DNA of 64,000 nucleotides from an uncultured Chloroflexia bacterium. Lineage in GTDB: Bacteria; Chloroflexota; Limnocylindria; Limnocylindrales; CSP1-4. The notes under the pieces were generated by a model. It did not search any database. It was given only the letters and a program-made list of their open reading frames with translations, and was not told the origin of the DNA. Position 1 is the stretch's first letter, and the number at the start of each line of letters is the position of its first letter. The position numbers and the translations under genes are program-made. This document shows positions 55,868 through 63,817 of this stretch, one piece after another. The stretch spans positions 264,208 to 328,207 of the forward strand of contig CAVQDZ010000004.1 in the NCBI GenBank assembly GCA_963711405.1, written 5' to 3'.

Positions 55868-56916
55868 CTATAGACCGATGGCGTTGAACAGGAAGCCGAC
55901 GATGAGGATCCCGACGATGACGACGCCGGCGTACAGGCCTATCAGCCGCGGCTGAATGACCCGGCGCAGGATCATGAACTCGGGCAGGCTGATGGCGACA
56001 ATGGCCATCATGAAAGCCAGAGTGGTGCCCAGCGGCAGGCCTTTGCCGAGCAAAACCTCGACGATTGGGATGGTGGCCGCCGCATTGGCGTAGAGCGGGA
56101 TCGCTATCAGGACGACGATGGGTAGCGCCAGCAGGTTGTCGCGGCCCCCGATGCTGGCAATGAAGTCTGTCGGCACGAAGCCGTGGATGAGGGCACCCAC
56201 GCCGATGCCCACGATCACGTAGGGCAGGATCTTGCGTACCAGCTCGAGCGTGTAGGTCCAGGCGTCGCGCACTCGCTGCTCGACGGACAAATGGGTGTCG
56301 AAGGTCACTGCGCCGCCACCTGCCCGGACTTCCAGGACCCATGGCTCGACCCAGCGCTCGACGCGCATGCGGCCCAGGAGCAGGCCGCCGACGATCGCGA
56401 CTGCGAGACCCGCGCCCATGTACAGGAGCGCGATCTGTGGACCAAACAGGCCCCACAAGAGCACGATTGCAATCTCGTTGACCATCGGGCTGCTGATCAG
56501 GAATGCGAAGGTGACACCGAGCGGAACGCCGGCCTCGACGAAGCCGATGAAGAGCGGCACCGCGGAGCAGCTGCAGAACGGAGTCACGATGCCCAGCCCA
56601 GCCGCCGCGACCGTGCCTGCCAGGACGCCACGTCCGGCGAGCACGCTGCGAACGCGTTCGGGCGGGAAATAGCTGCGTACGAATGTCACTGCCGTGACGA
56701 TTCCGAGCAGGAGCAGCAGCACCTTGGGCACATCAAGAAGGAAGAAGGCGATAGCATCGCCGACCTGCGAGCCGCGCTCCAGACCGTAGGAGGTCGAAGG
56801 CGGCCCAATCCGCCAAAGGAGCGTTGACGAGCCACGCCGACGAGCCATGCACTGGCTGCGAGTGCGAAGGCCACGACGAACGGCATACGGTGCCGGTGAA
56901 GCACGAGTGCGGTCAT
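55868..56916 (-). pseudogene. Permease of the ArsP/DUF318 (two-CxC/PFCSC-type) family; two +1 frame changes near the 5' end as assembled
   Basis: ATG 56916 overlaps the arsR stop (MTALVLHRHRMPFVVAFALAASAWLVGVA). It continues as VNAPLADWAAFDL and then YGLERGSQVGDAIAFFLLDVPKV... It carries a conserved IVTPFCSCSAVP motif. Shifts near 56829 and 56790. Confidence 0.75.
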
Positions 56917-57248
56917 GCGAGAAGCTCAGCAATCTGACCAAGAGCGACTGCACAGGCGCGCTGGTCACGCTCGTAATAGAGGAAGCGCCCGTTGACGGCG
57001 TTGCGACTCGAGCGGACGAGGCCGGCCTCGCGCAACTTCGCGAGGTGATTACTGACGTTGTTGTCGTGGGCGCCTAGCGCGGCCGCCAGCTCGCACACGC
57101 AATGCGGTCCACCGACCAGCAACCGCAGGATGCCGGCGCGAACTGGGTCGGCAAGCAGATCGGCAGCCATGACCGCCGCGGCGACATCGGGTGCCGGCAA
57201 ATCCAGGCGAGGCTGGGGCAGCACGTCGAGCTCGATGCTTCTTTGCAT
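56913..57248 (-). CDS. arsR: ArsR-family metalloregulator
   Basis: PHCVCELAAAL (CVC metal(loid) site) and the HTH NNVSNHLAKLREAGLV. First gene of the arsR / permease / thioredoxin-like unit. Confidence 0.8.
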   Translation of the reverse strand: MQRSIELDVLPQPRLDLPAPDVAAAVMAADLLADPVRAGILRLLVGGPHCVCELAAALGAHDNNVSNHLAKLREAGLVRSSRNAVNGRFLYYERDQRACAVALGQIAELLA

Positions 57249-57255
57249 GGACCCA

Positions 57256-57279
57256 ACATCTCAGCCGCGACTGAGATGT
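57256..57279. promoter_or_regulatory. 9-bp perfect inverted repeat just upstream of arsR (candidate operator, or terminator of arsC)
   Basis: ACATCTCAG (57256-57264), then CCGCGA, then CTGAGATGT (57271-57279). Confidence 0.35.
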
Positions 57280-57342
57280 CCAAGTGCCGTTGGTCACTAT
57301 CACAGGGCGAGGTATCACATAGGCCGTGGCACCCGCGGTCCG

Positions 57343-57762
57343 TTACGCGACGGCGACGAAGGTCCTCATACGGCGCGCGATCTGATCGCGCACGTCGCGA
57401 TACACCGCCAACCGCTCGGCGTCGGTGCCGGTCGCTTTCGACGGGTCGGGGAAGCTCCAATGCGATCGGTCGGACGTGCCCGGAAAGACAGGGCATGACT
57501 CGTTGGCGTCGTCGCACACGGTGATGACGTAGTCCCATTGATCGCCCAGGTAGCGCTGCAGCGTCTTGCTCGTCTGGCCGCTGATGTCGACGCCGATCTC
57601 ATTCATGACCGCGATCGCTTCAGGCCGAACCAGGGTTGCCTCCGTGCCGGCGCTGTAAACGTCGAACCGATCGCCGGCGATGTGGCGCAGGAAACCCTCC
57701 GCCATCTGGGAGCGCGCGCTGTTGTGCGTGCAGATGAACAGCACTCGGCGCTTATCGGTCAT
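57343..57762 (-). CDS. arsC: Arsenate reductase, LMW-PTPase family (thioredoxin-coupled type)
   Basis: CX5R loop FICTHNSARSQMAEG and the downstream Cys pair VITVCDDANESCP. Confidence 0.85.
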   Translation of the reverse strand: MTDKRRVLFICTHNSARSQMAEGFLRHIAGDRFDVYSAGTEATLVRPEAIAVMNEIGVDISGQTSKTLQRYLGDQWDYVITVCDDANESCPVFPGTSDRSHWSFPDPSKATGTDAERLAVYRDVRDQIARRMRTFVAVA

Positions 57763-57763
57763 C

Positions 57764-58567
57764 TCAGCAGCACCCGGTTCCGCAACCGCAGCCCGCGGCG
57801 AGGGTGAGCTCGCGCTTGGACGCGGTCACTGGCTGATAGTCGGTGCTCTTGGTCGCTTTGACAATCGCGCTGTACATGCCCTCCGCGACCGAATGTGTCG
57901 GCGTGACGCTGACGTCGATCAGGCCGACGGCCTTCAGACCGGTTTCGAACTCCGTGAAGGACAGGGCACCGGCGATGCAGCCGACGTAGCTGCCCCGCTC
58001 GGCGCGCTGCTCAGCAGTCAGTGCGTCGTCGGCGACGATGTCCGTTATGCCGACGCGGCCGCCCGGGCGCAGGACGCGTGCGATCTCGCGAAACACGGCC
58101 GGCTTGTCCGCGGCCAGGTTGACGACGCAGTTGCTGATCACGACGTCGATCGAGTCGGCCGGCAGCGGGATCTGCTCGATGTGGCCCTTGAGCAGCTCGA
58201 CGTTCGTGGCGCCCGCCTCGGCGATGTTGTGCTGCGCCAGTTCGAGCATCTCGTCGGTCATGTCCAACCCGAACGCACGGCCGGTCGGGCCGACGCGCTT
58301 GGCCGACAGCAGCACGTCGATGCCGCCGCCGGAGCCAAGGTCGAGCACACGCTCGCCCTCGTGAAGCTCGGCGACTGCGATCGGGTTGCCGCAGCCGAGC
58401 GAGGCCATCACCGCGGCATCGGGAAGCTCGTCACGTTCGAGCGCGCTGTACAGCTCGGAGCCGATCCCCTCGCCCGGCGCGCAACACGCCTCGTTGGGTG
58501 ATTCGAGTACGGCCAGCGCGCTCTGTGCGTAGCGGTCGCGTACCAGGTCGTGGATCTGCTCAGTCAT
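57764..58567 (-). CDS. arsM: Arsenite S-adenosylmethionine methyltransferase
   Basis: ATG 58567 (or 58582). Conserved Cys positions (ACCAP, LGCGNP, SNCVVNL, YVGCIAGA), SAM motif VLDLGSGGGID and a Cys-rich tail AAGCGCGTGCC. Confidence 0.85.
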   Translation of the reverse strand: MTEQIHDLVRDRYAQSALAVLESPNEACCAPGEGIGSELYSALERDELPDAAVMASLGCGNPIAVAELHEGERVLDLGSGGGIDVLLSAKRVGPTGRAFGLDMTDEMLELAQHNIAEAGATNVELLKGHIEQIPLPADSIDVVISNCVVNLAADKPAVFREIARVLRPGGRVGITDIVADDALTAEQRAERGSYVGCIAGALSFTEFETGLKAVGLIDVSVTPTHSVAEGMYSAIVKATKSTDYQPVTASKRELTLAAGCGCGTGCC

Positions 58568-58586
58568 GAGTTCGGACTCCATCGTG

Positions 58587-58626
58587 CTATATCGACGGTT
58601 GCCAATATAGATCGCTGCTAATATAG
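58587..58626. promoter_or_regulatory. AT-rich divergent promoter region with CTATAT/ATATAG inverted and direct repeats (candidate ArsR operator)
   Basis: CTATAT at 58587-58592 and its complement ATATAG at 58605-58610 and 58621-58626. They lie between the divergent arsM and arsR starts. Confidence 0.3.
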
Positions 58627-58636
58627 CCGTCAAGAG

Positions 58637-58984
58637 ATGACCAGAACCAACGATCCAGACGTCCAACTGCTGCAGGCCGCAGCGGACCCGATCCGGCTGC
58701 GCATGATCCGACAGCTGTCACTGGGTGAAGTCTGCGCATGTGACTTTGTCGCCGACGCCGCCGTGAGCCAGCCCACGATCTCACATCATCTGCGCGTGCT
58801 GCGCGAGAGCGGCTGGGTGACGACGGAGCGGCGTGGAACGTGGATCTGGTATTCACTCCTGCCGGACGCGGTCGAGCGCTTCGCGCGCCTGGCGGGATTG
58901 ATCGTTCCGCCTGAGTTGGCGCCCCGTCAAGGCTCGCGCCGCTTGCCCGTGCTTGACCGCGACGAGGTCGCGGCACGCGCCTAG
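58637..58984 (+). CDS. arsR: ArsR/SmtB-family metalloregulator
   Basis: LGEVCACDF metal(loid) site and the HTH QPTISHHLRVLRESGWV. Confidence 0.8.
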   Translation: MTRTNDPDVQLLQAAADPIRLRMIRQLSLGEVCACDFVADAAVSQPTISHHLRVLRESGWVTTERRGTWIWYSLLPDAVERFARLAGLIVPPELAPRQGSRRLPVLDRDEVAARA

Positions 58985-58999
58985 GCAGACCGCAGTCGA

Positions 59000-59917
59000 C
59001 TAGTGCTGCACCTGTGAGGCTCGCCCTTCCCACAGGACATGCTCCGGTGTCTCCAGCTGGAAAGTCGAGTGGTCGATATCGAAGTCGCCTGACAGGCACA
59101 GACCCAGGTGATCTAGAACCGCTCCCGGGTTGGCGTCCGGCCCAAGCACGACGTGGGCGGAGACGACGTTCATTCCGTTCGTGATCGTCCAGGCGTGGAG
59201 GTCGTGAACTGCCTCCACACCCGGTGCCTCCAGAACGTGCCTTCTGACCTCGGCCAGATCTACGCCTTTCGGCGTCGCCTCCAGGAGCACGTCGACGCTG
59301 TCGCGCAGCAGCCCCCACGCACGTGGCAGGATCAGGATGCCGATCACGATTGAGGCGACCGCATCCGCGGCCAGAAAGCCGGTCGTCGCGATGATGATGC
59401 CCGCGACGAGCACGGCGAGTGCGCCGAGCAGGTCGCCGACCACCTCCAGGTACGCACCGCGGATCAGGAAACTCTGAGCCCGGCCGCGGGCAAGAAGCGC
59501 CGCGGACACGAGGTTCGCGGCCAACGCGAAGAGCGCGACAACGATCACAACGGTCGAGTCAACGTCAGGCGGCTGACTGAAGCGGCGAATGCCCTCCCAG
59601 ATCACGAAGAGCGACACCGCCAGAAGCAGCAGCGCGTTCGCGGCGGCAGCGAGAATCTCCAGCCGGTACAGACCGAAGCTCCGGCGCGCCGCAGCTGGGC
59701 GGTTGGCCAACCAGATCGCGACAAGCGCGAGGGCCATGCCCGACACGTCAGCGAAAACATGTCCTGCATCCGCGACGAGCGCGAGCGAGTTGCTGGCGAT
59801 GCCCGCCACAAGCTCGACGAGCAGGATGCCGACGCTGACCGCCATTGCGGCGGCCAGGCGGGATCGATGCTGAGCGGCCACGGAGTGCACTGGCCCCAGT
59901 ATCACGCCCGAATACAT
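59000..59917 (-). CDS. Cation diffusion facilitator (CzcD/ZitB-type) metal exporter
   Basis: ATG 59917. TM2 LVADAGHVFADV and TM5 LEVVGDLLGA metal-site motifs, plus a cytoplasmic domain with VHDLHAW. The N-terminal part of ORF 59000..60391 is antisense to sixA and is discounted. Confidence 0.85.
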   Translation of the reverse strand: MYSGVILGPVHSVAAQHRSRLAAAMAVSVGILLVELVAGIASNSLALVADAGHVFADVSGMALALVAIWLANRPAAARRSFGLYRLEILAAAANALLLLAVSLFVIWEGIRRFSQPPDVDSTVVIVVALFALAANLVSAALLARGRAQSFLIRGAYLEVVGDLLGALAVLVAGIIIATTGFLAADAVASIVIGILILPRAWGLLRDSVDVLLEATPKGVDLAEVRRHVLEAPGVEAVHDLHAWTITNGMNVVSAHVVLGPDANPGAVLDHLGLCLSGDFDIDHSTFQLETPEHVLWEGRASQVQH

Positions 59918-59960
59918 GTCCGCCCACACACCCGGCCGCTGCCGCCCTACGCTAGCGCTG

Positions 59961-60467
59961 ATGGACATGCCTGAGAACGGCGCCGAGCTGGAGCTGTACC
60001 TGCTGCGCCACGCGCACGCAGGTGATTCGACCAAGTGGGAGGGCCCCGATTCCGAGCGGCCCCTGAGCCCGAAGGGAAGACGCCAGTCCGAGCGCTTGGG
60101 AGCCTTTCTGGCCGAGCGCGGATTTGCGCCGGATGCCATCGTCGCCAGCCCCAAGCTGCGCGCCAAGCAGACCGCCGATCTCGTCGCGGACGCGCTGGGC
60201 ATCGCGGTGTCCGTCGACGACCGGCTGGCCGGCCCGCTCGACTTCGACGACGTGGGGGCCATCGCAGAGCGGGCCGGTGGCACGAGCGTTCTGTTGGTCG
60301 GCCACGACCCCGACTTCAGCGACCTCGCGGCAGCGCTGACGGGCACGGAGTACCTGCCCATGAAGAAGGGCGCGCTGGCACGCATCGACATGTCGCTGCC
60401 GGTTCAGCCCAACGGCGGCGTCCTGCGCTGGCTGCTGCCGCCCGAGCTGTTCGTCGAGCGCGGCTGA
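59961..60467 (+). CDS. sixA: Histidine phosphatase, SixA-like
   Basis: ATG 59961. LLRHAHA (RHG-type catalytic His), SPKGRRQ and VGHDPDFS. Confidence 0.7.
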   Translation: MDMPENGAELELYLLRHAHAGDSTKWEGPDSERPLSPKGRRQSERLGAFLAERGFAPDAIVASPKLRAKQTADLVADALGIAVSVDDRLAGPLDFDDVGAIAERAGGTSVLLVGHDPDFSDLAAALTGTEYLPMKKGALARIDMSLPVQPNGGVLRWLLPPELFVERG

Positions 60468-60500
60468 TCTCGTACCTGAGCTGACAATCCCCCTTCACTG

Positions 60501-61133
60501 ATGCTTCAGGCTGCGATTGCCGGTGCCCTGGCCGGCTATGCCATTGCCATCCCGGTCGGGGCGATCGCGGTCCTGATCCTCCACACGGGCATCACGCAGG
60601 GCCTTCGTGCCGGGCTTGCCGCGGGCGCCGGCGCGGCGACGGCCGATTTCCTGTATGCCTCGATCGCCGCGCTCGCCGGATTCTGGGTGGCGTCATTCAT
60701 CGGGCCGCTGATCGAGCCTCTGCGCGTCGTGGGCGGCCTGATCCTGATCGCGTTCGGCATCCGCGGCCTGTTGCTGCTGCGTTCCGGACGCGAGACGGTG
60801 GAACCCATTGCGGCGCACGACGAGCTGCGCCAGCCGCATCATCGGACGTACGTGGCCGTTCTCGGTCTGACGCTGCTAAACCCGGCCACGGTCATCTACT
60901 TCACGGCGCTGACGGTGGGGCTGCCGTTCCTGGGCGGCTCCGGCGAACGGCTGGTCTTCGCGGTCGCGGCCGGGCTCGCGTCACTCTCGTGGCAGTGGCT
61001 GCTGGCGATCGTGGGTGCCGCGCTCGGCCGCGGCGGCGGTCATCGCGTGCGGCGCGTGTCGAGCGCCGTGGGCAACGGCGTGATCGTGGTCATGGGCGCG
61101 TTGATCCTGCTTGGACCGATTTCGGGAGGCTGA
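60501..61133 (+). CDS. LysE family amino acid translocator
   Basis: 210 aa with 5-6 TM helices and the LLNPATVIYF motif. Confidence 0.75.
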   Translation: MLQAAIAGALAGYAIAIPVGAIAVLILHTGITQGLRAGLAAGAGAATADFLYASIAALAGFWVASFIGPLIEPLRVVGGLILIAFGIRGLLLLRSGRETVEPIAAHDELRQPHHRTYVAVLGLTLLNPATVIYFTALTVGLPFLGGSGERLVFAVAAGLASLSWQWLLAIVGAALGRGGGHRVRRVSSAVGNGVIVVMGALILLGPISGG

Positions 61134-62298
61134 CGAAGAAGCTCGAGCCGCTGCCCTCCTCGCTCTGGACCCAGATGTGGCCGCGGTGGCGATCGACGAT
61201 GTGGCGCGCGATGGCGAGACCCAGGCCCGTGCCGCCACGGCCGCGCGAGCGGGCACGGTCGACCTTGTAGAAGCGCTCGAAGATCCGATTGCGGTCGGCC
61301 TGGGGGATACCCGGCCCGCGATCCTCGACCTCGACGAGCACGTTCTCCTTGTCGCCCCGGACGCGGACGACGACCTCGCTGCCCGCCGACGAGAACTTGA
61401 TCGCGTTGTGAATGAGGTTGGCCAGCAGCTGGCCCAGGCGATCCTCGTCACCTACAACGACCGTCTCCAGCCCCGGCTCCAGCTCAACACGTAGGCCCAC
61501 CTCCTGTCGATCGGCATAGGTTTGGAGGCGCGCGATCGCCTCCTCGGCGACGCGGACAAGGTCGACGTCGTCGTGGCGCATCGGCGCGTCACCCTGCTCG
61601 ATTTTGGCCAGGTCGAGCAGCTCGTTGACCATCTGCACGAGATGGCCCGTCTCGACGTCGATCTTGTTGATCTGCTCACGCACGCGCGGCGGCAGGTCCG
61701 TCCGCTCCGCCTCGAGCGTCAGTGACTCGGTCAGCAGGCGCACCGTGCTCAGCGGCGTACGCAGCTCGTGCGACAGGTTGCCAACGAACTCCGTCCTGAT
61801 GCGCCGCAGTCGGTTCAGCTCCGATACGTCCGTTAGGGCGATCCACACACCACCGTCATCGGCCTGCCAGACATGGAGAGACATCGTCTTGGGTGGCTCG
61901 CCGGACAGCACGTAATCACCCGACGCGTGGCCTTCGCGCTTCGCCCGCGCGACAAGCTCCTCTACGCCATGGTCCAGGAATGCCTCGAGCATGCTCTTGC
62001 CCACGAGGCCGCGCGGGCGCCAGCCGAGCAGGTCCGCGGCCGAACGGTTGGCCGATTCGACCGTTCCCTCGGCACTGACCTGGACGAGGCCGATGCCAAG
62101 CTGGTCGGCCGGCTCGAGCTGATCGCCCAGCTGGGTAACTGTGGGACCGGGCCGGGGCACATCGGCCGGCGCTGCGGCCGCTTCTGCCGACACGTCCTGC
62201 GAACGAGCACGAACAATCGAGCGCCGTCCGTACCAGGCACCGATGCCGAGACCAAGAATCGCCGCGACGATCCCCACTAGAAAGAAGTCGATTGGCAC
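61090..62298 (-). CDS. Sensor histidine kinase (SenX3/PhoR-like: TM, PAS, HisKA, HATPase)
   Basis: GTG 62298 is the first plausible start after the upstream regulator stop. One TM helix (FFLVGIVAAILGLGIGAW), a PAS segment, H-box FVGNLSHELRTPL, N-box LIHNAIKF and G-boxes DRGPGI / GGTGLGL. Confidence 0.8.
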   Translation of the reverse strand: MPIDFFLVGIVAAILGLGIGAWYGRRSIVRARSQDVSAEAAAAPADVPRPGPTVTQLGDQLEPADQLGIGLVQVSAEGTVESANRSAADLLGWRPRGLVGKSMLEAFLDHGVEELVARAKREGHASGDYVLSGEPPKTMSLHVWQADDGGVWIALTDVSELNRLRRIRTEFVGNLSHELRTPLSTVRLLTESLTLEAERTDLPPRVREQINKIDVETGHLVQMVNELLDLAKIEQGDAPMRHDDVDLVRVAEEAIARLQTYADRQEVGLRVELEPGLETVVVGDEDRLGQLLANLIHNAIKFSSAGSEVVVRVRGDKENVLVEVEDRGPGIPQADRNRIFERFYKVDRARSRGRGGTGLGLAIARHIVDRHRGHIWVQSEEGSGSSFFVSLPKSVQAGSTRP

Positions 62299-62344
62299 TG
62301 ATCCGGCGGCGACAAGGGTGACGTCGGATAGGCACGGCCCGAGT

Positions 62345-63046
62345 CTAGGCGGGGCGGCGCAGCACGTAGCCCACGCCGCGGACGGTCTCGAGCAGCTCCG
62401 GGTTCTGCGGATCTTCCTCGATCTCAGCACGCAGCCAGTGCACATGGACGTCGACCGTCCGCGTCTCGCCGGCGTAGTCGTAGCCCCATACGTCTGACAG
62501 CAGCTGCTCGCGTGAGAAGACCTGGCCCTGGTGGCGGAACAGGAATGCGAGCAGGTCGAATGCCTTGGGCTTGATCGGTCGCACCTTGCCATCGCGCAGC
62601 AGTCGGTGGCCGGCGAGATCGATCGTTACCCGGCCCACCTGCACCTGGTCGTCGGAGTCGGCGCCTCCGGGCGCGGCCGGTCGCTCGACGCGCCGCAGCA
62701 GCCCGCGGATACGTGCCTGGAGCTCACGCAGGCTGAACGGCTTGGTGACGTAGTCGTCCGCGCCAAGCTCCAGGCCGACGACCTTGTCAACCTCCGAGTC
62801 GCGCGCGGTCAGGATCAGGATCGGCACGTCCGATTCCTTGCGCACGACGCGCGTGACCTCCACGCCGGACATGACCGGCAGCATCAGGTCGAGCAGGATC
62901 AGGTCCGGCTTGTGCTTCCTGAAACGCTCGAGTGCCTCGCCGCCGTCCGCGGCGCGAACGACGCGATAGCCCTCCTGTTCGAGCTGGTACGCCAGCTCGT
63001 CGCGGAGGGTGTCCTCGTCCTCGACAACGAGGATTGTCTGGGCCAT
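62345..63046 (-). CDS. OmpR-family response regulator (RegX3/PhoP-like)
   Basis: ILVVEDE, phospho-acceptor DLILLDLMLP and KPF, plus a winged helix LRAEIEEDPQNPELLETVRGVGYVL. Confidence 0.9.
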   Translation of the reverse strand: MAQTILVVEDEDTLRDELAYQLEQEGYRVVRAADGGEALERFRKHKPDLILLDLMLPVMSGVEVTRVVRKESDVPILILTARDSEVDKVVGLELGADDYVTKPFSLRELQARIRGLLRRVERPAAPGGADSDDQVQVGRVTIDLAGHRLLRDGKVRPIKPKAFDLLAFLFRHQGQVFSREQLLSDVWGYDYAGETRTVDVHVHWLRAEIEEDPQNPELLETVRGVGYVLRRPA

Positions 63047-63493
63047 CTATGCCTGCGGCTGCGACTGCATCTCGGCGATGCGTTTGGCGACCGTCTCGTC
63101 GATCAGCTTCTTGCGCATGTCGCGGCTCTGGATCCAGTACTCGGTAAAGCTGGTGCACTCGCCAGCGTCGTTGAAGTGGCAGATGTAGACGTTGAAGTAC
63201 TCATCGCGCAGCGCACCGCCCGGCGTCTCGTAGTAGCGGCTCCAGCCGTTGGCGACGTGAGTGCCGTCCGGGTCGATTGCGACCGGGTGGTACTCGGCGT
63301 CGTACGTGCCTTGTGCGTCTCGCGTATCGATCCAGTTGCTGATGGCCAGCTCGCGGCCGACCTCGGGCTCCTCGTTGGGGTGGTAGCGGTACTCGACGTC
63401 CTCGCTCCACAGCGCGCCAATTTTGGCGGGGTCGTATGTCTTCCATGCCTCGATGTAGCGATCGAGCCACGCCTGGAACTGATCGTGGGTCAT
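63047..63493 (-). CDS. SnoaL-like / NTF2 superfamily protein
   Basis: 148 aa. WLDRYIEAWKTYDP..LWSEDVEYRYHP is typical of the SnoaL_2/NTF2 fold. Its stop abuts the response regulator ATG, so it is probably the first gene of that operon. Confidence 0.65.
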   Translation of the reverse strand: MTHDQFQAWLDRYIEAWKTYDPAKIGALWSEDVEYRYHPNEEPEVGRELAISNWIDTRDAQGTYDAEYHPVAIDPDGTHVANGWSRYYETPGGALRDEYFNVYICHFNDAGECTSFTEYWIQSRDMRKKLIDETVAKRIAEMQSQPQA

Positions 63494-63622
63494 GTCCCTC
63501 TCCTAGCTGCGCTACTTCGTGTGAGCCGCCATAGTAACCGCTTGTCAAGCATCGTGCGGTTACTTTGCTTCGTTCGCACACGTGTTCGCTGGCGTTCCCG
63601 CGGCGTATTCAACAAGAGTCAT

Positions 63623-63639
63623 GTAAACACGTCGTTAAC
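63623..63639. promoter_or_regulatory. Two Pho-box-like hexamers 11 bp apart upstream of the SnoaL / regulator / kinase operon
   Basis: GTAAAC (63623) and GTTAAC (63634). The second unit, GTTAACGAGCC, nearly matches GCTAACGAGCC at 50172 and GTTAACGAACC at 50903. Confidence 0.4.
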
Positions 63640-63684
63640 GAGCCTGACACTGCGTGGCTCGAGGCCTCGGATCCTGTTTTCCGC

Positions 63685-63802
63685 CGATTCTCGGAAATGG
63701 CGAGACGGGAGCTGTTCAAAGGGTCCATCTGGTTCGATTTCTCGCTGTGGGACCAGAAATCGACCGAGATAAGCATCCCGTCTCGCAAATAGCGAGAAAT
63801 CG
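63685..63802. other. AT-richer intergenic element with nested and mutually exclusive inverted repeats (possible structured RNA, attenuator or decayed repeat element)
   Basis: GCGAGACGGGA (63700-63710) is complementary to TCCCGTCTCGC (63776-63786). AGCGAGAAATCG (63791-63802) is perfectly complementary to CGATTTCTCGCT (63735-63746), and imperfectly to CGATTCTCG (63685-63693). TCGATTTCT (63734-63742) is complementary to AGAAATCGA (63755-63763). Confidence 0.4.
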
Positions 63803-63817
63803 AAGAAGATCGTTTAC

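Noticed and set aside
59918-60391. N-terminal 158 codons of ORF 59000..60391
   Set aside because: This part is antisense to the SixA-like gene and S/R/A-rich. The CDF homology begins only at the internal ATG 59917.
63730-63746. GGTTCGATTTC resembles a tRNA T-loop
   Set aside because: No flanking acceptor, D or anticodon arms can be drawn. The segment is explained by the inverted-repeat element instead.
62531-63772. 413 aa plus-strand ORF
   Set aside because: It is antisense to the response regulator and SnoaL-like genes, which have clear family motifs, and then runs on into intergenic DNA. It is a typical GC-rich shadow ORF.
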